From Nostoc sp. DedSLP01 (GTDB lineage: Bacteria > Cyanobacteriota > Cyanobacteriia > Cyanobacteriales > Nostocaceae): a DNA stretch of 17,248 bases. The stretch lies in NCBI GenBank assembly GCA_034530875.2, contig JAVRCJ020000074.1:1-17248 (forward strand). The letters are read 5' to 3'. This document shows positions 1 to 11,400 of the stretch, piece after piece. The stretch's first letter is position 1. Every line of letters begins with the position of its first letter. Both the position numbers and the translations under genes were made by a program. The notes beneath the pieces are model-generated. The model did no database searches. It saw only the letters and a program-made list of their open reading frames with translations, and had not been told where the DNA came from.

Positions 1-1404
1 GGTCATTTGACGATTGGTATTAGGATAAAGCAACTGTTCGCGTAAAGTTCCCAGAATTATATAAGGACGTTGGGGCAAAAATAAGACTTCTTCTAAGGGA
101 GGTCGCACCAAACGACCAGTACCAGCATTCCACAAACCAGCGATCGCTCTTAATAGAGAACTCTTACCTCGACCACTCGGCCCCACAATCAATAAACCTT
201 CTCCTGGTTGAACGGAGAGCGATAAATCTTCAACAATTACGCTTTCATTGTCAGGCGTTTGTAAAGTGACATTCTCAAAAACGATCTGATTTTCTTCTAT
301 TGTTTTAATGGTAGTTACATCCTCTGGTTGTTTGGTAACAGCTTCTAATGCATCTGAAAATTCAGATAATCGTTCAACATAGCTAGAAAACCTTCCAGAG
401 TTACCAAATTCATTAATTAAATCACCCAAAGCATTAGCAAAAAAATAGCAACATACAGATGCTTGGATAATTTCTCCAAATTCCATTTCACCTCTAATCT
501 GTAAAGGCCCAAATACTATATATGGAAATATTTGAATTACAGATTGATAACCTCTATTAAAAATCTCATTGTTCTTTTCCCAATCAATTCTACGTTTAGC
601 ATTTTTTATCAAATTACTAAATCGGCGGGCAATAATATTTAATTCTTGGTTCTCTCCTCGAAAGAAAGCTACTGATTCAGCATGAGTGCGGAAATGAGTC
701 AGGCAATAGGTGTAGTCAGCTTTCGCTTCGAGTTCTTCTCGATTGATTTTATTTAATTCTTGAGTCAAGTAAACAGCAATCAAATTTCCTATAACTGTAT
801 AAGTAACTAAAATCAGTGCAACAGACTGGGAGATTGACCAAAGAACTAATAAAAAAGCTGTCATCTCCAGTATTTTTTCCAGGAGAGTAGCTGAAAAACT
901 TAACGCATTGCTTGCAATAGGTTCGATTTCTTGAGATAAACGTTGATCTGGATTATCAATATTAGATTTAAAGTTGATTTTATAATAAGCTCTACAGTTT
1001 AAATATTTTGATAATATCTGATTATTCAGCCATTGATACCAATCTATAGCAATTTTTTTTCTCACTAGCCTGGAGAACCCCGCTAAGAGAGTTCCCAATG
1101 CTAAAGTTGAACCATAAAGCAGTAAAGCATCATAAAACTTAGAGATTTCCTTCTCTTTAATGATGATATCGGCCAAATAGCGATTAATAAAGCTATTAAA
1201 AACATTTGCACCAACAAGCACAATTATTAATGATATCAGGAGAACAAGCATTCCCCACGAGCGCATCACCTCTGAAAATGCTCTGTCTCCTGGCTCATTT
1301 GGATACCAGTAAGGTTGGGCGATCGCTTTTACATCTTTCCAAAATTGAATAAAACCTAAAAAAGCATTTGTTGGAGGTTGAGCTTGAATAACTTGGGTTG
1401 GCAT
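1..1404 (-). CDS. ncpC: ABC transporter, fused permease/ATP-binding half-transporter (ABCD / McyH-NosG-NcpC type); 3' end truncated by window edge
   Basis: Missing from the ORF track. Manually read open frame from ATG at 1404 (MPTQVIQAQPPTNAFLGFIQFWKDVKAIAQPYWYP...) to base 1 with no stop (468 codons). Has hydrophobic TM segments, IDNPDQRLSQEI, EAA-like HAESVAFFRGE, Walker A GPSGRGKSS and Q-loop FLPQRPY. Symbol inferred from its divergent position to ncpA. Confidence 0.9.
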   Translation of the reverse strand, partial: MPTQVIQAQPPTNAFLGFIQFWKDVKAIAQPYWYPNEPGDRAFSEVMRSWGMLVLLISLIIVLVGANVFNSFINRYLADIIIKEKEISKFYDALLLYGSTLALGTLLAGFSRLVRKKIAIDWYQWLNNQILSKYLNCRAYYKINFKSNIDNPDQRLSQEIEPIASNALSFSATLLEKILEMTAFLLVLWSISQSVALILVTYTVIGNLIAVYLTQELNKINREELEAKADYTYCLTHFRTHAESVAFFRGENQELNIIARRFSNLIKNAKRRIDWEKNNEIFNRGYQSVIQIFPYIVFGPLQIRGEMEFGEIIQASVCCYFFANALGDLINEFGNSGRFSSYVERLSEFSDALEAVTKQPEDVTTIKTIEENQIVFENVTLQTPDNESVIVEDLSLSVQPGEGLLIVGPSGRGKSSLLRAIAGLWNAGTGRLVRPPLEEVLFLPQRPYIILGTLREQLLYPNTNRQMT

Positions 1405-2274
1405 ATTCTGAAACTAAACTAAGATTTTACGTAATAAGTAAGCTAGTTTGTACAACTATTTTTAATGCTCCAACCCTTACAAAATAAGGGGATAGAGAAC
1501 AGTGATAAAAACTTTAGTTCTGGGTTTAAAGTCCTGTTTCTAAAAGACGTTTTTTGAGGTTACATAGCACTAAAAAAATAGTTTAATTATTTTAATTCAC
1601 TATGCACAAGGGTGGTTTTCCCTATTGACTATTTCTTGTTTCCTCTGAATAAATAAGCATTTTAACCATAAATAAAGTAACCAATTGACTTAATGTATTT
1701 GTTGGACTTTTTGGAGAATGATAGGCTTTTTTAACGAGTCGTTAAACATGGTTTTGAAGGTATTGTTTAGCTGAATATTTTTACTCGCTGACGCATTGAT
1801 TCATCTGCTGTAATCTCCTTGGTGTAGATACTTAACAGCAATGCATATATTGATTTATCAGCAAGGAGCTTTTCCGCCACGTGTCATATTGTATAACGAA
1901 GTATATACTAATTGACATCTTTATTTTTTGTTTCTTTACATTTTTGTTTTTTGTTTTTACCCCTATTTACTGAGTGAATATCTCTTAACTGTCTTAACTG
2001 TCTTAACTGTCTTAACTGTCTTAACTGTCTGCTTAACTGTCTGCTTAACTGTCTTAATTGATATTGTATTTTTATTTTTAAGGTGCGATAATTCACAGAT
2101 TCAAGTAAAAAGTACAGTTTTAAATAACTGTGCGATCGTTAATTTTGAAACGGAGAGAGGAATTAATGCTTTGAGGGATAATGGTTAAGAGAATTTTTGA
2201 AGTAAAGGGATGATGAGAGTAGCTTTAGAGGAAAATTATTAATTTATTGACATTACATTGATTAGAGTGAAATC
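1405..2274. promoter_or_regulatory. 870-bp AT-rich divergent intergenic region presumed to hold promoters for the transporter and the NRPS operon
   Basis: Lies between two head-to-head start codons (1404 minus, 2275 plus). No individual -35/-10 pair could be assigned confidently. Confidence 0.6.
1983..2060. repeat. Tandem repeat (TCTTAACTG)x5, (TCTGCTTAACTG)x2, TCTTAATTG
   Basis: Directly visible: five perfect 9-mers 1983-2027, two 12-mers 2028-2051, one degenerate 9-mer 2052-2060. Confidence 0.97.
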
Positions 2275-2430
2275 ATGAATTTAACAGAGCTTATAGAAAA
2301 TATTTCAGCAAAGAATATTGAACTGTGGGTTGATGGAGACAAACTGCGCTATCGATCGCCCGACGATTCACTAACCCCTGAGTTATTGCGGGAAATAAAG
2401 CAATCTGAACCAGAAATTATCCGAATTTTA
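2275..2430 (+). other. N-terminal TubC_N-type docking domain of the first NRPS (approx. aa 1-52)
   Basis: MNLTELIENISAKNIELWVDGDKLRYRSPDDSLTPELLREIKQSEPEIIRIL fits the I-x-L-W-x-x-G-x-x-L-R-Y-R-x-P...L-T-P-E-L...E-I-I-x-x-L pattern of this family (recognised by eye). Confidence 0.8.
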
Positions 2431-5400
2431 TCCCAGAGTAGCAATCAGGCTGCAACTTATCCCCTTTCTCACGGTCAAAAGGCACTCTGGTTTTTATATC
2501 AATTAGCACCTAGCAGTACCGCTTACAACGCCACGTATGCAGCAAAATTAGTCACAAATTTAGATATTCCAGCCCTGAAGCAGGCAGCACAAGGTTTAGT
2601 TGAAAGGCATCCAGTTTTGAGGACTACCTTTGCAACCATTGACGGCGAACCTGTGCAAACAGTTCACGAAAATCAGCAAGTTGACTTTAGCATCGAAGAA
2701 GCTTTCGATTTTGGCCAAGATGATGTAAACAAGTGGCTCTCAGAAAAAAGCGATCGCCCTTTCAACTTAGAACAAGGGCCAATATTGCGCTTTGATTTAT
2801 TAATTAACCATATTAAAACTGATAAATTAGCAACAAAAGAACATATTCTCTTAATCACGCTACATCAGATAATTGCGGATTTCTGTTCTTTAGAAATCAC
2901 GATCGGTGAACTGAAAGCCTTGTATAAAGCGATGTCTACGACGGGCTACGCCTACGCCACAAGTGAAGCGGCCCAATTATCAGCACAAAACTATCAGTAT
3001 CAAGATTACGTCAAGTGGTCAGAGCAAATGCTCGCTAGTTCAGCTGGAGAAAGTTTGTGGACTTACTGGCAGCAACAACTCTCTGGTGAATTGCCATTGC
3101 TAGATTTGCCCACAGATCGACCAAGACCTCAGAGGCAAACCTATAATGGTGCTTCCCGCTTTTTTACTGTTGAAGAAAAACTACGGCAATCGCTCACAGA
3201 ATTGGCAAATAGAGTTGGTGCGTCTCTTTATATCGTTTTATTAACAGCATTACAAATACTATTACGACGTTATACCAATCAAGAAGATATTTTAATTGGC
3301 TCTCCAATGGAGAATCGGAGCCGTTCAGAGTTTGAAAATATTGTCGGTCACTTTGCTAATCCTGTGGTCTTGCGAGGAGACCTTTCAGGAAATCCCACCT
3401 TTGAAGAGTTGCTGGAGCGATCGCACTCTTGTGTGTTAAATGCCCAAAACCATCAGGATTATCCCTTTCCCCTGCTGGTGGAGCAACTGCAACCTGTCCG
3501 CAACCCCAGTTTTTCGCCACTCTATCAGGTAGCCTTAGTCTGGGATCGCTCCCGCCAGAGTATGGATATCGATAGTTTGATTTTAGAATCAATGATTCCA
3601 GAGTCTAGAGGAGCCGCCTTTGATTTAACCTTAACTATTCTTGAGGAACCTGGCTCACTCAAAGGTACATGGAATTACAACACTGACTTATTTGATGATA
3701 GTGCGATCGCGCAGATGATGGGGCATTTTGTAACTTTGCTCGAAGCAATTGTGGCAAATCCCCAGCAACGAATTGACCAATTACCTTTGTTGACACAATC
3801 TGAAGAACAGCAGTTATTAGTTGAGTGGAATAATACTCAAGTAGACTACGCCTTCGATAAATGTATCCATCAGTTATTTGAAGAGCAGGTAGAGCGTACA
3901 CCCCATGCTGTGGCAGTGGTGTTTGAGAATCAACAATTGACTTACCACGAATTGAACACTCGTGCTAACCAATTGGCGCATTACTTACGTTCTTTGGGAG
4001 TGGAAGCTGATGTGCTGGTGGGGATTTGTGTAGAGCGTTCTTTAGAGATGGTGGTAGGATTACTTGGGATTCTCAAGGCGGGTGGGGCTTACGTACCGCT
4101 TGACTCAGAATATCCCAAAGACCGTCTCTCGTTCATGCTTGAAGACGCTCAAGTTGCAGTATTACTAACTCAACAGCGACTCCTCGATCGCCTACCTGAG
4201 TATCAGGCAAAACTGATTTGTTTAGATGAAGTCTGGTCAGAAATTCTGCAAAACAAACAGAAAAACCCGATTCAGGTAGTAACGAGTACCGATCTAGCGA
4301 ATGTGATTTACACATCCGGCTCCACAGGCAAACCTAAAGGGGTAATGGTTGAGCATAGTGGATTGTGCAATCTAGCTCAAGCTCAAATTCAGGCTTTTGG
4401 CGTGCATTCTGATAGTCGAGTTCTCCAGTTTGCCTCCTTCAGTTTTGATGCTTGCATATCAGAAATCTTGATGGCTTTGGGAGCGGGGGCAACACTGTAT
4501 TTGGGAACAAAAGACTCGATAATGCCGGGTATGCCTTTAATTGACCGATTAAGGGATGATGGCATTACCCATGTCACCCTACCACCATCAGCCTTGGCAG
4601 TCCTGCCAACAGAAGAACTGCCAACATTGCAAGCGATCGTTGTCGCCGGAGAAGCCTGTCCTGTGGAACTGATGCGACAATGGTCAAAAGGCAGAAACTT
4701 CTTCAACGCCTACGGGCCGACAGAAGCGAGTGTTTGTGTAGCGATCGCCAAATGCACTTCCGAAGACCAAAAAATTTCCATTGGTCGTCCAATTGCCAAT
4801 ACCCGGATATATATACTTGACCAAAACTTGCAACCAGTACCTGTGGGTGTAGCAGGAGAACTGCACATTGGTGGTGCAGGGTTAGCGCGAGGCTATCTCA
4901 ATGCAAGAGAATTAACACAAGAAAAATTCATCCCCAACCCCTTCAACAATTCAAAATTAAAAATTAAAAATTCAAAATTATATAAAACTGGGGACTTAGC
5001 TCGTTATCTATCGGATGGCAATATCGAATACTTGGGACGGATCGACAACCAAGTAAAAATCCGGGGATTCCGTATTGAGTTGGGAGAAATCGAAGCAGCA
5101 CTGAGCCAACATGAAGATGTGCAAGTATCTTATGTCATAGCCCGTGAAGATACTCCTGGTGACAAGCGCCTAGTAGCCTACATTGTACCGCAGCCACAGG
5201 TGACACCTACAATCAGCATTCTGCGTAGCTTCCTGAAAGAAAAACTACCAGAATACATGCTACCAAGTGCGATCGTCATCTTAGAATCTTTACCCCTAAC
5301 CCCCAACGGCAAAATAGATCGTCGCGCTCTACCAGAGCCAAGTAATGAATTATCAGAGAAATATGTAGCCCCGCGCACCCCTATTGAAGAAATCCTCGCA

Positions 5401-8400
5401 GTAATTTGGCAACAAGTTCTGAGAGTAGAGCTTGTTGGCAGACATGACAACTTCTTTGAACTAGGGGGACACTCCCTACTGGGAACACAATTCATCTCCC
5501 GTGCGCGTAGCAGGTTGAAAGTAGAAATACCATTGCGAAGCTTATTTGCTGCGCCAACAATTGCCGAGTTAGCACCATCGATTCAGCAGTTACAGCAGCA
5601 AGCTATAGAACTGTCAGCACCACCCATCTTAAGGCGAGTAGGGAATACAGAAATACCACTGTCTTATGCTCAACAGCGTTTATGGTTTTTAGACCAGTTA
5701 GAGTCGAACAGTGTCTTATACAACCTACCGATAGGTTTGCGTCTACTAGGAACTCTTAATGTTGCTGCCTTAGAACAAAGTTTACAAGAACTTATCGATC
5801 GTCATGAAGTCCTACGCACCAACTTTGTTACTTTTGATGAAAAGCCAACACAAATAATTCAAACTCAAACAAATTGGACAGTTGCAGTTGTTGACTTGCA
5901 GCATTTACTCTTAACAGAACAACAAACTGCTGCACAGAAATTACTGGAACAAAAAGCAATTGAGCCTTTTGACTTAGCTCATGATGCCTTAATCAGAGCG
6001 ACATTAATAGTGCTGTCTCCTAATGAACATTGGTTATTAGTATGTATGCACCACATTGTCAGTGATGGCTGGTCAATAGGTGTGTTTGTCCAGGAGTTAC
6101 AAGCACTCTACAATGCTTATTCAATCGGTCAGCCGTCACCCTTGTTACCATTGCCAATTCAGTACGCGGATTTTGCAATTTGGCAAAGACAATGGTTGCA
6201 AGGGGAAGTATTACAAAACCATTTGAGTTACTGGGAAAAACAGTTGGCAAATGCACCCACATTCTTGCCACTACCCACAGACAGACCCAGACCTGCTGTG
6301 CAGACTTTCAATGGCTCATATCATGTGTTTACTCTGTCTGTTGAGTTAACTCAACGGTTGTTGGAGCTAAGTCAACAGCAAGGTTGTACCCTGTTCATGA
6401 CTTTGTTGGCAGCATATAATACCCTGCTTTACCGCTACACGGGACAAGAAGATATTTTGGTGGGGACACCCATTGCTAACCGCGATCGCACCGAAATAGA
6501 AGGGTTAATTGGCTTTTTTGTCAACACTTTAGTGATGCGGACTGATTTAGCAGGGAACCCCAGTTTTGACGAATTACTCCTGCGCCTGAGAGAAACGGCT
6601 TTCGGAGCCTACGCTCATCAAGATTTGCCTTTTGAAATGTTGGTGGAAGCATTGCAGCCAGAACGGGATCTCAGCCATACACCACTGTTCCAAGTGATGT
6701 TCGTTCTCCTGAACGCTCCCATGTCTGAAATAGAATTAACCCAGTTAAGTGTCAGTGGCTTGCCAATAGAAATCACCACGGCAAAGTTTGATTTAACTTT
6801 ATCAATGGAAAATACTCCCAATGGGCTGTTTGGGTGGTGGGAGTACAACACAGACTTGTTTGATAGCAGCACTATCGAACGGATGACTGGTCATTTTGTG
6901 ACACTGCTTGAGGCAATTATGGCAAATCCGAGCGAGCGGATTTCGCAATTGCCCATGCTCACAGCAACTGAGCAGCAACAGTTATTAGTGGAGTGGAATG
7001 ATACTCAAATAGATTATCCCCAAGATAAATGTATTCATCAGTTGTTTGAGGAACAGGTAGAACGAACACCCGATGCAATAGCAGTGGTGTTTGAAAATCA
7101 ACAACTGACATACCAAGAGTTGAACACTCGTGCTAACCAATTGGCGCATTATTTACAGTCCTTGGGTGTGGGAGCAGATGCACTGGTGGGGATTTGTGTG
7201 GAGCGTTCTTTAGAAATGGTAGTCGGACTATTGGGCATTCTCAAGGCAGGTGGGACTTACGTACCACTTGACCCAGAATATCCCCAACAGCGTTTGCGCT
7301 TTATCTTGGAAGATGCTCAAGTTTCAGTCCTGCTGAGTCAACACCATTTAGTTGAAAAATTACCTGAGTGTCAGGCGCAGCTTGTAAGCTTGGATACTAA
7401 TTGGCAGTTGATTTCTCAGTTGACTCAAGAAAATCCCGTCGCTGATGTCCAAGCTAGTAACTTAGCTTATGTGATTTATACCTCCGGTTCTACAGGTCAG
7501 CCCAAAGGTGTGCAAATCTCACATAAATCTGTGAGCAATTTCCTGTCTGCCATGCAGCAGCGCCCAGGAATAACAAAACAAGATACACTGCTTGCAATCA
7601 CTACTATTTCCTTTGATATTGCTGCTTTAGAAATTTTTCTGCCCATAACTGTAGGTGCATGTCTGGTCATAGCCAGTCGTAACGCGACCCTTGATGGAAG
7701 AGAATTATTTGACTTGCTAGTTAAGTCTAAAGCAACAATTATGCAAGCAACTCCAGCTACTTGGAGATTGCTTTTAGACTCCAACTACCAATTTAGCAAT
7801 CTAAAAATACTTTGCGGCGGTGAAGCTTTACCTTGGGATCTAGTTAATCAATTGGTTGACAAGAGCGCTTCTTTGTGGAACCTTTATGGTCCAACAGAGG
7901 CAACTATTTGGTCATCAGTATGTCAACTAGAATCCAATGAAAGCTTGATTTCTATTGGCCGTCCAATTGGCAATACCCAGATATACATACTCGACCAAAA
8001 CTTACAACCAGTTCCTATAGGTGTGCCAGGAGAACTGCACATAGGTGGTGCAGGATTAGCAAGAGGCTACTTGAACAGACCAGAGTTAACACAAGAAAAA
8101 TTCATTCCTAACCCTTTCGAGAAGGCAGGAGGCAGTAAGTTATATAAAACAGGGGATTTAGCACGCTATTTACCTGATGGCAAAATAGAATACCTGGGGC
8201 GTATCGATAACCAAGTAAAAATCCGGGGATTCCGCATCGAATTGGGAGAAATAGAAGCAGCACTGAGTCAACATCCCCATGTGCAAGCATCATGTGTCAT
8301 AGCCCGTGAAGATGTCAGGGGTGACAAGCGCCTAGTTGCCTACATCGTACCCCAGCCACAAGTAAAACTCATAATTAGAGAACTACGTAGCGACCTCAAG

Positions 8401-11400
8401 AAAAAGTTACCAGAGTACATAGTACCAAGCGCAATAGTCATCTTGGAGTCCCTACCGCTTACCCCCAACGGCAAAATAGACCGTCGCGCTCTACCAGCAC
8501 CCCAAGCAAGTAGCGAATTATTAGAGAAATATGTCGCGCCTCGCACCCCGATTGAAGAAGTACTGGCACTGATTTGGCAACAAGTCCTAAAAGTAGAGCT
8601 TGTAGGTAGACATGATAACTTCTTTGAGCTAGGAGGACACTCACTACTAGCAACGCAACTCATCTCCCGTGTGCGTACCAGCTTGAAAGTAGAACTACCA
8701 TTACGGAGCTTATTTGCTGCACCCACAATTGCCGAGTTAGCACCATCGATTCAGCAGCTACAGAAACAAGATTTAGAACTTGTTGCACCGCCCATATTAC
8801 CCAGGATAGGGAATATCAAATTACCACTATCGTTCGCTCAACAGCGTTTGTGGTTTTTAGACCAGTTCGAGCCGAACAGTGCCTCATACAACATCCCTTT
8901 TGGGTTGCGTTTAGTTGGAACTCTAAATGTTATCGCCTTAGAACAAAGCTTAATTGAAATTATTCATCGCCACGAAGCATTACGCACTAACTTCATCACA
9001 GTTGATGGACAAGCTACTCAAATCATTCAAATACAACCAAATTGGTCAGTTTCAGTTGTTGACTTAAAGCATTTACCCTTACTTGTACTGAGCGAAGCCG
9101 AAGTAACACAACAAGAAATCGCTGCACAGAAATTAGTTCGACAAAAAGCATTTGAGCCTTTTGATTTAACTCATGATGCATTAATCAGAGCAACATTAAT
9201 AGTCTTGTCTCAGACAGAACAGTGGTTATTAGTGTGTATGCACCACGTTGTCAGTGATGGCTGGTCAATAGGTGTATTTGTCCAGGAGTTACAAGCACTG
9301 TACAATGCTTATTCCCAAAGTCAACCTTCACCCCTGTTACCACTGCCGATTCAGTACACAGATTTTGCAATTTGGCAAAGACAATGGTTGCAAGGGGAGG
9401 TACTACAAAGCCAATTAAGTTACTGGGAACAACAATTGGCAGCACCCACGTTCTTACCATTACCCACAGACAGACCTAGACCTGCTGTACAGACTTTCAA
9501 TGGCGCATATCTTGAGTTTGCCCTGTCTGTTGAGTTAACTCAAAAGTTGATAAAACTGAGTCAAAAGCAAGGGGTGACTTTGTTTATGACTCTGTTGGCG
9601 GCATATAATACCCTGCTTTACCGCTACACGGGACAAGAAGATATTTTGGTGGGAACGCCAATTGCTAACCGCGATCGCACTGAACTAGAAGGTCTAATTG
9701 GCTTCTTTGTCAATACTTTAGTGATGCGGGCTGATTTATCTGAAAATCCTAGTTTTAACGAGTTACTCCCGCGTATTCGGGAAATGGCAATATCCGCCTA
9801 CGCACATCAAGATTTGCCCTTTGAGATGTTGGTGGAAGCATTGCAGCCAGAACGGGACTTGAGCCATACACCACTATTTCAGGCGATGTTCGTTCTCAAT
9901 AATGCGCCGAAATCTGAAATAGAGTTGACTGGGTTAAGTGTCAGTTCCTTAACCATAGAAAGTGCGATCGCCAAGTTCGATCTTACCTTATCAATGGAAA
10001 ACACTAGCACCGGACTAGTGGGAGGATGGGAGTATAACACTGACTTGTTTGATAGCAGCACCATTGAGCGCATGACTGGTCATTTTGTGACACTGCTGGA
10101 AAGTATTGTCGCCAATCCCAGCGATCGCATTTCGCAATTACCAATACTCACAGCATCTGAGCAACAGCAGTTATTAGTTGAGTGGAATGATACAAGCGTA
10201 GATTATCCCCAAGATAAATGTATCCATCAGTTGTTTGAGGAGCAGGTGGAGCGTACACCCGATGCAGTCGCAGTGGTGTTTGAGAATCAACAACTGACAT
10301 ACCACGAGTTGAATTGTCGTGCTAACCAATTAGCCCATTACTTGCAGTCTTTGGGCGTAGGAGCAGATGTGCTGGTGGGGATTTGTGTAGAACGCTCCTT
10401 AGAGATGGTGGTGGGATTACTTGGTATTCTCAAGGCGGGTGGTGCTTACGTGCCACTTGACCCTGAGTATCCCCAAGACCGTCTCTCGTTCATGCTTGCA
10501 GACGCTCAAGTTTCCGTGCTACTTACCCAACAGCATCTAGTTGAGTCTCTTCCTCAACATCAGGCGCGTGTAGTCCACTTAGATAAAGACTGGATTGCGA
10601 TCGGTAAGTCTAGCCAGGAGAATCCAATTGCCCAGGTACAAGCTAGTAACGTAGCTTATGTGATTTATACTTCTGGCTCTACTGGTCAACCGAAGGGGGT
10701 AATGCTATCTCACAGTAACCTTTGCAACCATACCTTCTGGATGCAAGCAACATTCCCTCTGACTGAAAAAGATAAAGTACTGCAAAAAACTCCCTTTGGC
10801 TTTGATGCCTCAGTTTGGGAATTCTATGCTCCATTGTTAGCAGGTGGACAGTTGTTAATAGCTGAACCAAGAGGTCATACTGACAGTGCTTATCTCTTAA
10901 GGTTAATTGCCCAGCAGCAGGTAACTACTATTCAACTTGTTCCATCTTTACTGCAAATGCTTTTAGAACAGGGAGGAATCGAAACTTGTCACTCCCTCAA
11001 ACACGTCTTCTGTGGCGGTGAAGTTTTACCCATTACTCTGCAAGAAAGCTTGTTAAGTAAGCTAAATGTAAATTTACACAATCTCTACGGGCCAACAGAG
11101 GCTTGTATTGATGCAACTTTCTGGAATTGTCAGCGTGAGATTTATCCACAAGTTGTCCCTATTGGTCGTCCAATTTCCAATACCCAGATATACATACTCG
11201 ACCAAAACTTACAACCAGTACCTGTGGGTGTACCAGGAGAACTGCACATTGGTGGTGCAGGATTAGCAAAAGGATATCTCAACCGCCCAGAGTTAACACA
11301 AGAAAGATTTATCCCCAACCCCTTGATTGGAAGCAGGGGAGCAGGGGAGCAGGGGGGCAGGGGGGAAAAACGTATCTATAAAACAGGGGATTTAGCACGC

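Larger units (their letters stand above)
2458..5590 (+). other. Module 1: degenerate C domain, A(Tyr), T (approximate bounds)
   Basis: C core reads HQIIADF (2863-2883). A pocket FDACIS / HVTLPP / AIVVAG / NAYGPTEASVC gives DASTVAAVCK. T motif FFELGGHSLL. Confidence 0.85.

Noticed and set aside
1891..1904. Possible NtcA box GTATAACGAAGTAT
   Set aside because: GTA-N8-TAT misses the TAC half-site; such near-matches are expected by chance in AT-rich DNA.
1983..2060. Possible CRISPR array
   Set aside because: Units are 9-12 nt, contiguous and lack unique spacers; no cas genes in the window.
1908..2188. Two short overlapping ORFs (62 aa minus, 86 aa plus) with LRQ/LTV repeats, superficially like RiPP precursor or leader peptides
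   Set aside because: Both owe their repetitiveness to the tandem repeat and T-rich tract. No recognisable leader or modifying enzyme nearby, and the plus ORF begins at TTG without a clear RBS. Ribosome profiling would be needed to rescue them.
1912..2252. TTGACA hexamers at 1912 and 2247 as -35 elements
   Set aside because: Neither has a convincing -10 at 16-18 nt spacing, and the second is too close to the start codon.
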